DNA from: Eledone cirrhosa
Taxonomy: Eukaryota
Direction of reading: 5' to 3'
DNA length: 64,000 nucleotides
Assembly: GCA_964016885.1 (NCBI GenBank)
Contig: OZ024740.1
Span: forward strand, 162,192,001 to 162,256,000
Part shown: positions 43,622-58,515 of the stretch, piece by piece
How positions within the stretch are numbered: position 1 is the stretch's first letter
Layout: the number at the start of each line of letters is the position of its first letter
Notes under the pieces: model-generated
The model's database searches: none
Told to the model about the DNA's origin: nothing
Seen by the model: only the letters and a program-made list of their open reading frames with translations
Translations under genes and position numbers: made by a program

Positions 43622-44765
43622 TCAATTCGGAATTAATAATAAAAAGAAAATAAAAGAAACATAACCGATTGTCATATCGGACTAAGGAAACAATGTTCCC
43701 AATGGGTTTTTTTTTCTATTGCTAATAATATCTGCTTGTCTCAACTCCTTGCAAAAGAAGCAATCTGAAATAAAGTTTTATTCTGAAGAATACAGCGTAC
43801 CGTTTGAACCAGGGATCAAACCCGCAATTTTATCATCGTAAATCTGCCTAAAGCACCAATCTGAAGTGGTCGATTGGCGGGTTTATTGAAGTGTAGGGCG
43901 TGATATTTTGTGCTATTTGTTTCAGCCCTTCGTATTCTGAGTTCAAATCCCGCTGAGGCCTAACAGCTACCATAGAAGGCATTGGAGCCGTTTCATCTAC
44001 ACATAATTAATCAAGAATATTCATCTATGATTTTTGACCCGCTCAATAAAGACCGTTCATTAAAATTCGTAGTATAACATTTTCCCTAACATCTGCTACA
44101 ATGACTATCAAAATCCATCCCAATACCTTGATTCATTTTACATCCAGTCTCTCCTTTTATTTTCACATACACATTATCACCAGGTGAGGAGAAAATGTTT
44201 TGCTCTAGAGGTTCTAAGATCGAAACAAGCTCGTTGTCTTCACTCTGACCTTCTTTTTTAAGACGGTAGGGTGTGGTATGAGGGAATGTGGTTGCTATTT
44301 CTAGCATGTCGAGTAAATGCTTTAGGAGCGTTTGGAAGAGCTTCCAGAAATTAAAGGTACTCACATAAGCATATATTTTGTTATAGCAAACATTAGCTAT
44401 ATACATTCATATTAGGGCGTTATTGTTGTTGTTTAGTTCTAGGTCAACCTACATCAAACAGACATTTGATCAAATATATTCCATCCATGTTCATCATGTC
44501 TTCCGAGGAGTACGTTTGTAGGATTAAATTATCTAATGTGTCTTTTATTTCATTTAGGCATTGATATAAGGGAGGTGCAACTGCTATTTTCACAAGTTGT
44601 GCGTCTAAAAAGAGTCTCCCTCGTTGGCTCAGCGTACTTGCTGTGATTCTATATTTTCTTGTTGTTGCTGCTGTTATTTTTGTTATCTTTTAACCCCAAA
44701 TTAGCTCTAATCAAGCATATCTATGATCAAAGACGTTCTATTAGTGACCTTCCCACATTTATATA

Positions 44766-44842
44766 TAGGGTGTCCCAAAAGTCACAAAACCATTTCAAAC
44801 TATAATATATATAAAATTGTCTTTGGATTTTGGTACACCCTG
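44766..44842. mobile_element. Tiny Tc1/mariner-type MITE
   Basis: TA|(T)AGGGTGTCCCAAAA ... TTTTGGTACACCCTG|TA. Confidence 0.65.
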
Positions 44843-45213
44843 TATATTCTTTAAGTATTTTCAGGACTACAGTATACAACGCACCTTCCCTTTTTTAAGA
44901 TTGTAGGGCGTGGTACTAGAAAAAAAAGTTTACTATTATTTCTAACAAAGTTAAATGTCTAATCTTCTCATGATTAACAATATCTTGCAAAACAGTAGTT
45001 TAACCGGCTCAAAGTTAGCAATATGAAATGAATAAGCATTGTTATTTTTATTGTGTTGCTCAAATGCCACAGACATTGGAATATCGTTCATATATCCGTG
45101 ACAGTCTTACTTCCGTGTCATATCTACGGAATTGTGTGAAAGAATTAGTGGGGTTGTAATGAGAACGCTTTTTTCTGGGTCCCTTCGCCGATTATGTGAG
45201 AGAGATTTTTATG

Positions 45214-45259
<46 letters not shown>

Positions 45260-45266
45260 CGCGCAT

Positions 45267-45359
<93 letters not shown>

Positions 45360-46994
45360 AAAAGAATAAATCGACTTCAGTACTTAACTTGTACTAATTT
45401 TATTGATTTCGAAGTGAGGAAATGTCAAACTGGACACGGCGGGATTTTGAACACAAAGTACACAGAGACGGAACAAATACAGCAAAGCATTCTATCCGAT
45501 GCTCAAACAACTGCCATGAGACATTGTCTATGCTACACTCATTAAAATCCTTGTCTATATCGGAAAGCTATTTAGTTGATTAGCAAAGACTCGCTCATCG
45601 TTACATTTCAAAGACTTGTCCACAAACGTTCTCATTCTTCCCCCTGACTCTTGTACCGCTATAACAACGACCTTAACTTCTCTGAATCAGCTAGTTGCAT
45701 ACCATCTTTACAGATGACCCATTTAACTCTCTCCTCTTTCCTCCAACTTGTCTCACCTATCAGATTCCACTCTAAACACTATTTGTAATAATTCTTCTTA
45801 GGGTGGGATCACCTTGGAATTTTCATGCCGATTTAAACCTACCTAAGGCCAAGGAAAACGTCAACTGTATCCACCTCACTAGTCGGGAAGCGCTTCAATG
45901 GTTTCTATACTCTTTTACTGATTAACTAATCCTCAAAAGATAAGAAGAACCAATGATGGAAGCCTCTACGTGGTCCATCAACCTGCTTAAAATAGCAGCT
46001 AATCCCCTCCTCCCGATCATAATCTGTCGCTTTAACAAAAGAAAAGTAGGGCATATTAGATGATTTAGTCCTAAAATAGTGAAGCTCACTGCTAGAACAT
46101 CTTTTCTTATAAGTGTCAGCGACAAGGGCTCACTTGGAGCAAAACAAGAAAAACGACAGCAGCAACAACAGTGGCAGTGGCAGCAAGGACAATTCAAACC
46201 CTGAACACCGAGCACTCCAGTAAGCTCTGGGCAAACTGTTGACAGCTTGTGGATACGGCAGAAGACGGATGCATTCATAGTCATAATTACACTTAAGTCA
46301 CGAACCATTTCACCGCTTTTTTTATTGCTTAACTTATTTGAGTTAAGGTAAACAATCTTATAGGACGTTTTCTGTCATAGAGTTGCGTGGAATTTTGATG
46401 GGCTAATAGACATGCTAATATCTGTTATCCAGCTATTTAAGACATCTAACTCTTTGGTGGGTGTAGATATCTTCATTTGTCTACTTCTAACTTTAATTTA
46501 GCGTCGTTACCCTAGCTTGTGAGTTAGGCAGACATTAATTGTTTGTCTATGTCAGGAGATAAGGCAATACAAAGACAAAATACTGTCGCAACCTATTTGT
46601 TTCTATTTTGTTGTTGTCGTTGTTTTCTCATTTAAACGCTGTTGGTTCCCATCGTCAAATTTCTGTATTTAAGAACACTACACCAGAAAGTCAGTTTCCA
46701 GAATATCATATCATGTTGACATCTTTTAACTTCTAGGGTCTCCGTTTATCTCGCGAGACCATAGCTCTGCGTACGAAAAGTTCCTATTCAGATGTATGCC
46801 TGGGTTAACTTTGCCTTTCATCCTTATGGGGGCGATAAAATAAAGTACCAGTAATGCACTGCGTAATTGCTGGCCTTGTGCCAAAATAGAAACAATTAAT
46901 ATTAGATGCTCTATGTATTAAATATAATAGTACTAACCTAACTACAATTATCAGTGATGGGTATAAATTCTGAAGATGACACCGACGTTGATAA

Positions 46995-48972
46995 CACCGT
47001 GTAACAAAAAAAAATGTTTCTCTGTTCCTGGCTTGTAATCACTTTTTTGTGTTGCTTAGGTCCCAAATAAATTTTTAAAAAGTGCTATTAAACAGTTAAA
47101 AATTCTAAGCTATTCACTAGAATTATTTGTATGCTGGATTTTACGTTGTATGTAAGTTTAATTTGCTTATGTTAAATGATTTTTTTAATATATGTTTCAG
47201 GTTAAATTAAAATTATAAAATAAAGAGTAATACCTAAAGAAAATTATAAAAGTGCAATAAAGTATAAAATTGTTAAAAAGTGGATTAAAGAGATTTATTG
47301 ATACTGGATTTTCGCACCCTGAATAAAGGGTAAATTGTGTTTTAAGCACGAATTTTCATTAGTATGATTAGTGTTCTTTTATATTATTTAAATATGTATT
47401 TCCCTTTCCAATATTTATTTTGTATTGCATATCAAATTTATTTTCCAAGACAAGTATTCTGATGAAGAGGAGGAGATGGATGCTGAGGACTTGGATTACC
47501 TGCCTGAGGTACCAGAAAAAGTTCCTCACTTCCCAAACCAAAAAGAAGTCAATGACTTGGTCAGGGATATGGGTCTGACCAAGTCCAATGCAGAGCTATT
47601 CGTCTCCAGGATGAAGCCGTGGAACTTGGTCAAGGAGGAAGGGCAGGTGACAAGTCAGAGAAGTCGACACGAACCTTTCTCAGGCTTTTACACTCTTAGG
47701 GATGGCCTCTGCTTCTGCCATGACGTGCCTGGACTGTTTGACGTTATATTTGGTGCCGTTTGTGCCCAAGGAGTGGCGGCTATTTATAGACAGCTCCACC
47801 ACAAGTTTGAAGGCTGTCCTCCTCCACAATGGAAACAAGTTCCCGACACTGCCCCTAGCTCATTCAGTCTGCCTGAAGGAAGATTACTACTGTGTGAAAG
47901 TCCTCTTGGAAGCTCTGCAATACAACCAGTACAATTGGGAAATCATTGGAAACTTCAAGATGGTGGCTTTCCTGCTTGGACTCCAAGGAGGCTTTATCAA
48001 ATTCCAATGCTTCCTCTGCCTTTGGGACAGCAGAGCCACCTCTGACCACTACAAAAGAAAGAACTGGGAGCAGCGAACAGAATTTGTAGTTGGGACCCGG
48101 AACGTCATGTGGGAGCCACTGGTTGATCCCAGGATTGTGCTCATGCCGCCACTGCATATTAAGTTGGGGTTGATGAAGCAGTTTGTGAAGGCTCTCAACC
48201 AGGAATCAGCCGCTTTTAAGTACCTTCTTGAGTTCTTCCCCAAGTTATCTGAGGCCAAAATCAAAGGTGGAATTTTTGTTGGACCTCAGATAACTAAGGT
48301 GTTTGAGTCTACCGAGTTCTCCAATAAGCTCAATAGGATTGAGAGAACAGCATGGAACTGTTTCAAGGCAGTTGTTAAGGGCTTCCTGGGCAACTACAGA
48401 GCTGAAAACTACCAGCAACTGGTGCAGGATTTGATAAAGGCTTTTGGCGCCATGGAATGCAGGATGTCGCTTAAACTCCATATGCTGGAGGCTCACCTGG
48501 AAAAATTCAAGGACAATATGGGCGCCTACTCAGAAGAACAAAGCGAACGATTCCACCAAGATGTGAAAGAGATAGAGCGGAGGTACCAGGGCCACTACAA
48601 TGAAAAAATGATGGAGGACTATATCTGGGGGCTAGTGCGGGAATGCGACCTGGACTACAACCGCAAATCCAGGAAATCCAGTCATTTCTGACGTGTATAA
48701 GTTGCTTTATAAGTGTTATTTATTTTTACTTGTTTGCTTTTGATAAGCTTGTGTAATAAAATAAATATATACTCTGTTGATTTAATTATATGAACTGATA
48801 AATTTAAAGAAAATGTGTTTTTTCTTGAAAAATATGAAAATTTCGAAATATCAAACTTCTAACCACAAACCCAAACTTCTAATTAAATAATAGTGTTTCT
48901 TTATAATAATGGGATATAATAAACCAGGAAATCATACTTAGAACCGGGGAACAAATAATATATTACACGGTG
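46995..48972 (+). mobile_element. Chapaev3-like (CMC/Transib-related) DNA transposon with both ends
   Basis: TIR CACCGTGTAA...TTACACGGTG; 3-bp TAA duplication on both sides (46992-46994, 48973-48975). Confidence 0.85.
47450..48691 (+). pseudogene. DDE transposase (frameshift near 47750; second catalytic Asp reads Asn; N-terminus missing)
   Basis: WRLFIDSS, LLHNGN, IIGNFK, CFLCLWDSR, PPLHIKLG, KLHMLEAHL, SEEQSERFHQ. Confidence 0.88.
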
Positions 48973-49051
48973 TAATGATAATGGTGATAAAGATGGTGAT
49001 GATAAAATGGTTGTTGTGATGCTGGTATGGCTGAGGATGACGTGGACGATA

Positions 49052-49237
49052 ATAATTGTTTCTACTTTAGGCACAAGGCCAGCAATAACCCAGTACATTA
49101 CTGGTACTTTATTTTATCGACCCCGTAAGGATGAAAGGCAAAGTCAACCTCGGCGGGATTTGAACTCAGATCGTAAAGGGAGGTAACTATGCTGCAAGCA
49201 TGGCGTCCGACTCTCTACCAATACTGCCAATTCACCC
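49052..49237 (-). mobile_element. SINE
   Basis: Main family. Confidence 0.9.
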
Positions 49238-49244
49238 TCCGACG

Positions 49245-49392
49245 TGGACGATAATGATGATGATGACGATGATGATGACGATGATGATGGTGATGATGAC
49301 GATGATGATGGTGATGATGACGATGATGATGGTGATGATGACGATGATGATGGTGATGATGACGATGATGATGGTGATGATGGTGATGATGG

Positions 49393-49438
<46 letters not shown>

Positions 49439-49490
49439 GATGATGATGAGGACGATGACGATGATGAGGATGATGTTGGTGATGATGGTG

Positions 49491-49522
<32 letters not shown>

Positions 49523-49722
49523 GAGGACGATGACGATGATGACGACGACGATGATGACGATGATGACGATGATGACGATGAAAGTGGTGGTGATGATGAA
49601 GATATGCCGATGATGAGGATGCGGATGAGGATAATGATGGTGGGGATGAGGAACACGGCGATGATAGCAGTGTAGTTATTCATAACGATGATCAAAATGA
49701 CGACAATGACGACGAGGCGGCT

Positions 49723-49753
<31 letters not shown>

Positions 49754-49955
49754 ATGCTGGTGATGATGGTGATAGTGGTGGTGGTGGTGATAGTGGTGGT
49801 GGTGGTGGTGGTGATGATGATGATGATGCTGGTGATGATGGTGATAGTGGTGGTGGTGGTGATAGTGGTGGTGGTGGTGGTGGTGATGATGATGATGATG
49901 CTGGTGATGATGGTGATAGTGGTGGTGGTGGTGATAGTGGTGGTGGTGGTGGTGG

Positions 49956-50000
<45 letters not shown>

Positions 50001-50063
50001 CGATGCTGGTGATGATGGTGATAGTGGTGGTGATAGTGGTGGTGGTGGTGGTGGTGGTGGTGG

Positions 50064-50113
<50 letters not shown>

Positions 50114-50189
50114 GTGGCAATGATGGTTATGATGATGGCAATGATGGTTATGATGATGATGATGATGGCGATGATGACGATGATGGTTG

Positions 50190-50228
<39 letters not shown>

Positions 50229-50315
50229 CGATGTTGATGATGACGATGATGATGATGATGATGACGATGTTGATGACGACGATGTTGATGATGATGATGA
50301 TGATGATGATGATGT

Positions 50316-50348
<33 letters not shown>

Positions 50349-50440
50349 CTATGATCGTGATGAAGATGATGACGATGATGGTGATAATGACTACGACGAC
50401 GACGACGATGGTGATGATGATGGTGATGATTACTACTAAT
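49245..50440. repeat. About 1.2-kb compound (GAT/GGT/GAC)n trinucleotide tract
   Basis: Direct inspection; contains higher-order repeated blocks. Confidence 0.95.
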
Positions 50441-50664
50441 GGAGGAAAGTAGTGATACACAATAAAAGAATTAGTTGAATGGCAAAGAATCAGTGTTGAG
50501 ATTACAAACTATTTGCAGGGCTGTGTTAAATGGATGCGGATAAACATGATGAATAATTTATCACATCTTTCACACTGATACTGAAAGTTGATGAAACAAG
50601 CGACTATGTAAACAAATAAAGAGCAAGGGGTGGGAATAGTAGTAGCAATAATGATATTAATAGA

Positions 50665-51110
50665 TCTTTCTAGCATTGGCACAAGGCCAGAAATTTGGGG
50701 GAAGAGGCATGTCAGTTATATCGACCCAAAATGCATTACTGGTACTTTATTTTAACGACTCCCGGAAAGATGAAAGTTGACCTCGGTGTAATTTGAACGT
50801 AGAATGTTTGGGGTCAGAACAAATACCGTAATGGCATTTTATCCAATGCTCTACCAATTATGCTAATCAATTACACCAGTAATAGCATTAATAATGGTTT
50901 CTGATTTAGGCACAAGGCCAACAATTTTTGGGGAAAGGGAAAGTCGATTAAATCGACTTCAGTGCATTACTGGTACTTTATTTTATCGACCCCGTAAGGA
51001 TGAAAGGCAAAGTTAACCTCGGCGAGATTTGAACTCAGAATGTTAGGAGCCAGACTAAATACCGTAATGGCATTTTATCTGTTCTACCAATTATGCTAAT
51101 CAATTACCCC
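50665..51110 (-). mobile_element. Two tandem variant SINE copies
   Basis: GGCACAAGGCC...TACTGGTACTTTATTT...GAACTCAGAA appears twice. Confidence 0.8.
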
Positions 51111-51899
51111 AGTTATAGCGTTAATAATGAAAATTGACGAATATATATAGGCGATGGCATGGCTACGAGATTAAGAAGTTTGTTTCGAAAGAATGTGTTT
51201 TTTGTATTCGATGCCAAAATGTGGCCCCTTGGACAAGTATTTTGTAGATGTGCAGTCGATAGACTGTAGTGCAAAAACGTATATCGAGTTAACCGAAAAC
51301 AACTTTAATGCTAACCTCTCGTAAAGGAATTATTCACATACATGCCTCCTTTCTAAACATATTTGGTTCTTTTAAGAGGAGAAAGCTTCCCCGTGATAAA
51401 CGGGAGTATTGTTGCAAAAGAAAAGTAGCCTTACAACAGCCGCGGTACCTGTTCTCATCTCAGGGGAGGAGAAACCCAGTTATGCCGGCAAGTGAAAAAT
51501 ATAAACTTCAAGGCTCCAGGCATATTCCTGTACCAGTGAATTTCGAACTACAAACTGGCTAAATTCAACATATACAGTCGACCAATAGCCTGGTAAGTGA
51601 TTCGACATGTAAAATCAAGTCAAAATCTTACTCCATCTAGCAAGTGAAGTGCTGTCCTTCGCCTTTTTTCTCGGGAAGAATATGATCTTACGTATAAATT
51701 GTGATCTAATTCCTATCAAGGAACCCACTTTTAAGACTAATGCTCTTTCCCAGCTTTGAATGATCACTCATTATATGTGACTCCCATGTTTTGTGATATT
51801 CACTGATAAAGTAAGATCACCATGCCATCTTAGATAAACAAATGTTTTCATATAAGTAAAACATGTTGTCTGAGTGCTCTAGATATCATGTACTTTAGA

Positions 51900-52089
51900 T
51901 AATTGTTTCTACTTTAGGCACAAGGCCAGCAATTACCCAGTGCATTACTGGTACTTTATTTTATCGACCCCGTAAGGATGATAGGCAAAGTCAACCTCGG
52001 CGGGATTTGAACTCAGATCGTAAAGGGACGTAACTATGCTGGAAAGCATGGCGTCCGACCCTCTACCGATACTGCCAATCCACCGCCCT
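51900..52089 (-). mobile_element. SINE, full length
   Basis: Main family, close to the consensus of the copies here. Confidence 0.92.
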
Positions 52090-52239
52090 AGATAACTTTA
52101 GATAATAACAGACGACATCAGTTGAATAAAATATTATACTCTACACTCTGTATTGAGTAAGTTTTTCTTGTAATCGTTATAAACGGTGTACATATTGTCT
52201 CAAACTCACTGGGCCATAAAAATAAATTGAAATTGCAAA

Positions 52240-54200
52240 ACAAAATGTTCAAGTCACTCAGACATATCATCCTGCCACCGAAAATCATTTCAATCAGCTA
52301 ATAGAAAAAAACTGGAAACGTAACTCAGAAAAATAAAATGAAAGGCGTATTTCGTCGTTCAGGACACCAATAAGTTACACAAAAGTGAAAAAACTTTCTT
52401 CAAAACCAACAGAATCTAACGACAGAATATAGTCATGGAAAAATACGAAACGGATATATTCGTACTAAACCTAAGATTCAATTATACCAACAGCGCCTAA
52501 AACAAATCAAACTATCCCTTATCACCCTTCATAAATCCAAGTTATATATGTGCAAGCCAACACACTAAACATTGTAAACGAATTTGATAAGAATATCTAC
52601 AACAGACTGTTATTAAATATAACGGTGGATTGGCAGCATCGGTAGATGGTCGGACGCCATGCTTTGCAGAAAAGAGTTCCGGCTCTTTATGGTCTGAGTT
52701 CAAATCCCGCTGAGGTTAACTTTGCCTTTCATCCTTACGGGGTCGATAAAATAAAGTACCAGTGATGCACTGGGTAATTGCTGGCTTTGTACCAAAAGTA
52801 GAAACAATTAAATATTATAACGAAAATATTCAAGAAAACAAGTTCAAATACAAACATTATCAACGACAAAGTAAATACCCCTGTAAACATTGAATATAAC
52901 AAACCGAGTAAAGTGCCTTGGCCCACACCGACCTTACATAACATTAAAAGATCATAAGGATAAATTCACAATTAATACAAAGTGCAGAATTATTAACCTA
53001 TTAATCAGTAAACATATTCTAGATACTATAAATACAAAAAAAGATGTACAACAAACGTAACTCATGGAGCAGTGCCAGAAATTAAGTGGTTTAATGACGT
53101 TGAAGACGAATTTAAGTGTAGACACATCCAGTTCACAGTCATTTCTAAGAGTCTTCTCACGAAAATACTAGTATTTGTAAAATATGTTCTGCCATATCCG
53201 ACATCGATATCAATATTTAAATTAATTCAAGGATGTCGTTATTATTATGGATTAGCAGTATCGGTAGAGAGTCGGACGCCATGCTTTGAAGCATAGAGTT
53301 ACGTCCCTTTACGATCTGAGTTCAAATCCTGCCAAGGTTAACTTTGCCTTTCATCCTTACAGGGTCGATAAAATAAAGTACCAGTAGTGTACTGGTTAAT
53401 TGATGGCCTTGTAGAAACAATTATTATATGACAATTTCTTGGAAGTGGATATTTCGATGCATCATTGGATAGCGACGACGAAGCAGAAATGTTAGATATG
53501 TCACATTATCGGTTTATTCATACTACGTACACTGCAAATCAGAACGAGTTTTACCTTTCACCCGTTCGGGATCGATAAGTAAATATTAGCCTAGTATTGA
53601 TGTAGCCCTCCAACTGTCTCATTCTGGATGTCCCGCTGGGTCAAAGGCAGAAGGCTCGAGATGGTGTCTATCCGTTTGCGACTATATGGATACCTTAAAT
53701 AATTGGCAAAAACACTATATATGCTGATAATCCTCGACTCTGCATGACAGCCATAGGTACTTAGGACTTTACAGATACGACAGACTTACAGTATTCCAAA
53801 CGATGAATGGAAATAGTATGGACACACTCAGAGAGACACAGAATTTGGCTTAAATTTACACTAATACGAACCTCAAAATAATAAATTTCCTATATGCAAC
53901 ACTAAACCTGAACACCAGCAAACCTCCCCTAGCATGTATCGAACGTAAAAACAATATATATAAATAGGAGCTGCAATCACCCACGATTACACCCCTCATT
54001 ACAGACAATAATATACGTACACCGAAATAATTATTGTTTTATCCAGTGTTATATATGCATCACAAAAAACCTCAAGATTTTGATTCTACATGACTTTATC
54101 ACGAACAGGAGATAAGAAATCGTCCCATCTATGCAAACGAATATGCACTTCAAGCTTTGAAATATGTACCTGTGGATACTAAACAGCAAATTAACTGAAT
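52240..54200 (+). pseudogene. Highly degraded PLE RT interrupted by SINEs (52622-52810, 53248-53425)
   Basis: Residual motifs ITLKDHKDKFTINTKCRIIN (about 52940), YFDASLDSDDEAE (about 53450), INFLYATLNL and YINRSCNHP (about 53880-53985). Confidence 0.65.
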
Positions 54201-54419
54201 CTAAAACCCTCAGCAGAAACAAAGGTTAGCAAGTGATTTGACATGTAGAAACTAAGTTGAAATGTCCCACTAACATGTTAAGTGCAGTAGCTCAATTCTT
54301 CCGAGGAAGAACATGTTCTTATGTGTGCCATGATGTTTCAAGTAGTATCAACAAACATTCACGGTAAGGTTTGCTATAGAGACAAGCTAAGATTATTTCT
54401 CCATCAGGTTAAACGAAGT

Positions 54420-54993
54420 AATAGCCTATTGAGAAAAAACGTCATACTTTCCTGGAAAGTTAAAAAGAACTTCAGAAAATTTGCCACAAAGATTATGGCA
54501 ATGTTTGGTTTTACCTATGTGTGTGAACAGTTATTTTCCTTCATGAAATCAACAAAATCTTCTCAGAGAACAAGGCTGACTGATCAATACTTGTCATCTC
54601 TGTTCAAAGTCGGAACTGTACAGACATTTCAGCCAGACATACTAAAAATGTCAACAAAAAGAAGTGTCAAGCCTCAGGACAAAACACTAAAAATGGTTGA
54701 ATAGTAGCAAATAAATGTTGAGTTTTGAACTGTTGTAATTTTTGTACAATGTATTTGTTGCTGTTGCAAGTATATGTTGCCATTTAAAATTTTAGTTTTT
54801 TGTCAAATCACTTCATTACTAAAACATTTGCATGTACATGTTTCTAAATTTAAGTAACACATTTTTCTGCAATAAATTTTATTAAATAACTTTAATCAGT
54901 TGTAATGTGCACAATTAATTGTCGTGTGCGGCCCTCAGACAACATATATGTGACCAATGCGGCACTTGGGGGATCCTCAGTTTGACATGCCTG
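54420..54993 (+). mobile_element. hAT (Charlie/GTF2IRD2-like) transposon 3' end
   Basis: MFGFTYVCEQLFSFMK..KS..RTRLTD dimerization motif; terminal AGTTTGACATGCCTG followed by CTCTACAC. Confidence 0.85.
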
Positions 54994-55128
54994 CTCTACA
55001 CTGTGTAATGAGTACCTTTTTCTTTTGTTTGTTATAAACAACACATATGCAAATATATGTATAATACAAACACACGCATATAAATCTTGTATACATATAT
55101 ACATACAAGCACACACACACACACATAA

Positions 55129-55206
<78 letters not shown>

Positions 55207-55915
55207 CGTTAGAACGTCGGATAGAATGATTGGCAGTATTCGTTTCGGTTCTCTGCTCTTTGAGTTCAAATCCTGCCGAGGTAAACTTTGCCTTTTATCA
55301 TTTCGAGGTCAATAAATGTACTGGAGTCGATTCTTCCTCTATATCTCTTTCTCACTTCCTTTTTATCACTCTGTGTTCAGACCTCAGGAGAAGATGAGGT
55401 CCGCTAGGTTTTAAAATTCTCCTGAAACGTCGCATGTCAATATGGCGCCCCTCCATATCCATCATGAGTTACATGTCCATACATATATATATTTTACTTC
55501 TCAGGAAAGTAATTTGATCTGAGGCCGTGTGTTCAAACTGAAACAATTACATCATGGAAGAGTAATTTCAACATTTCTAAACTAATATAATACTTTTCGT
55601 TTATTTATGAATAGTAGTTTCATACAGTGTCAACATATTTTGCCGCTCTATTGTGACCTAGCTACTGACACAATTCGGTTGCATCTAGATATACTCAGGA
55701 TCTTAGGCTTGAAAACTAAGGATATGCGCCTGCAAACACTCACATACACAAGCATATATTTGAACGTCTCATACATAGATTGGGTACGTTGAAATATATG
55801 CATGATGTGTGAGTGTGTGTAGGCCATATTGTTTGTTTTATGTCTGTCTAAATTACTTATATATCTAGATACGGCGGAATTGTGTCAGTAACTAGGCCAC
55901 AACCGAGCGACGAAA

Positions 55916-55950
<35 letters not shown>

Positions 55951-56924
55951 GAATAAACAAGAGAGATGAACACTAATATAAACATACATGTGTTCGAATC
56001 GTAAGGACTAAAATTTGCTGGGGTGAAAAAATAGTAACTACAGCAATATAGAATGTTATCCTTAACTTTAAATAATAAATTAAGAAAAACTAAGAAAAAT
56101 AACAGACCTATATTGGGCAAAAATGCCTGGTAACAACTAAACAGTATTGGAGACTGTTTCGTAACGACTTATTAAATGAAGTTTTCACGTTTCTCTGCTC
56201 CTCAGTAGTTGTTGAGAAATTAGTGATCCTTTCACTTCTAGAAATAATAGAGAATGGATTGTGTACGATATGAATTATCGCACGTGTCATCCGGAACCCA
56301 GCTTGTCTCGAAATTCACTGCCGCTAAAAATAGCAGCCTGGCATGTGGGCAGGCGTCTGTGGACGCGTATGTCTATAGCTTTATGGGTTCTCTTTAGGTG
56401 CGTATATATAGCGGGAGTATATGCGTACGGATGTTGTTATTTATATGATTGTATGCGTGTGTGTGTGTGAGTGTGTATATATATGTGTGTGTGTGTGTGT
56501 GTGAGTGCGCGCGTGGACGTGTGAACTACCAAATCCAGCAGGGATTCATTGAAGTGTGGCAGAAAAAAGGACAGCTGTTGGTCAGTTAGACAGTACCTGT
56601 TGGTCAAAATTTATGATGACGTAGAAAAACAACAGCCAATAGCAGGACGAGCGAAGAGGGTGTTTTTTGACGCTAACACCTCAGTGAAAAAATTTGATCC
56701 GAAGTTATTAGAACTGTCCGTCGAACCTGCAGTTTCCAGAATCAAACAGATCCACACAATGGTCGAGTCTCGAGCTGTCTGCCGGCGAAACAATTGTAAC
56801 ACACAATAAATTGAGTTCAGATGCATCACTGATTTTTCGTTTTATATTATATCGCACTCTGCTCTGTAAGAACATAGAGTGCTCAACCGGCATACCGCCT
56901 GTGGAAGCATCTTAGCTACCATCA

Positions 56925-57025
<101 letters not shown>

Positions 57026-57254
57026 ATAATTATACACACACACACACACGCACACACATATATATAGAGAGATATATGTGCGTGTGTCTATGTGTACGAT
57101 TATAAATATATACATATGTGAGTGTGTGTGTATATATATACACACTTGTATATATGTATATATATATATATATACCACCACCCCACTCTCAAGAGCGTGA
57201 AACTAATAAACCTTTGTTCGTACTGCCTCTCTGTTTTGTTCCTGTTCAATTTTT

Positions 57255-57389
<135 letters not shown>

Positions 57390-57421
57390 TATAAGTATAA
57401 GTACATACACCCACTATATAT

Positions 57422-57464
<43 letters not shown>

Positions 57465-57898
57465 ATCGTACACATACAAGCACGCATATATATATATATA
57501 TATGTAACAAAACATCATGAGATACAAATCTGTTATAAGTCTTTTGGGTAATAGGTGAGATTCTGCTGCACTAAGTTGTTGATGATTCGTTCTTGTTTAG
57601 TGTCACTTTCTGTGGCAAATGCGTTTATGCTGCTATCAGCATGTGGGCTGGGAAGTGTGTTGTTTTTAGCTTGAAAATCTTCTTGTTCACAGAAAGCATC
57701 TATTTCTTCTACTCTTCCCCTTATATCATTATCATTATCCCTTCTTCTTCTTCTTCTGCTTCTTCTTCTTCTTCTTCTTCTTCTTGTATATATATGCATG
57801 TAACAAATCATCAAGCCACTAACCAACAACATCAGCCAAGAACACATGATCGTAAGTCCAACATAGTAACCACTAGGTCATGCACCTTCACTTTATAT

Positions 57899-58328
57899 AC
57901 GACGAGATGTGTCAGAAAAGCAGCAAGGCTTAGTGTACTGTGTGAGCTATAAATGAGGTAGGGATTAGTGGGTTGCATCACCGTGTGACGTAATATCCGG
58001 GGAGTATATAACTGGGATCTCGGAACTCTGCATTCATTGTATGCTTTTTCACGGGCTTTTATCAACAGCTCCTCAATATTATGCGGTCGAGCGATGGTCA
58101 CAGAACAGAGAACCAAGTTGAAGTTTCTGGTCCGGCTAGGGTAAATTCTGTCAGAAGCACTCGGAAAACTGCAGCAAGTATTCGGAGTTCAGACAATGTC
58201 ACGCTCATGGGATTTCAGGTGGCACAAAAGGTTCAAAGAGAGATGCGAAGACGTGGAAGACGAGCCCTGGAGTGGAAAGCCTTCAACGAGTAGGAATGAA
58301 GCCAATGCTGAGCGCGAGAATCCCGCGA

Positions 58329-58330
<2 letters not shown>
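57899..58330 (+). mobile_element. Mariner transposon 5' fragment
   Basis: EQRTKLKFLVRLG...LQQVFG..TMSRS..FRWHKRFKE..EDVEDEPWSGKPSTS (mariner HTH); TIR-like CGAGATGTGTCAGAAAAG. Confidence 0.85.
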
Positions 58331-58384
<54 letters not shown>

Positions 58385-58408
58385 GCATGGATCTAGTTAT
58401 CACACACA

Positions 58409-58487
<79 letters not shown>

Positions 58488-58488
<1 letters not shown>

Positions 58489-58515
58489 TAGCAGTGTATC
58501 CCGGCGTTGTAATAG
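58488..58515 (-). mobile_element. Helitron-like 3' terminus
   Basis: Reverse complement CAACGCCGGGATACACTGCTAG matches the 13623-13644 end. Confidence 0.6.

Noticed and set aside
49144-50460. 438-aa poly-Ile/Thr/Ser ORF and overlapping poly-Asp/Met ORFs
   Set aside because: Stop-free frames of a trinucleotide tract; no domain; the ORF runs into a SINE
55370-55565. Hairpin followed by GAAAC resembling an HHR
   Set aside because: No recognisable CUGANGA or stem I
57533-57725. Minus-strand ORF segment (GRVEEIDAFCEQEDF...) as a host exon
   Set aside because: No polypyrimidine acceptor and no recognisable homology
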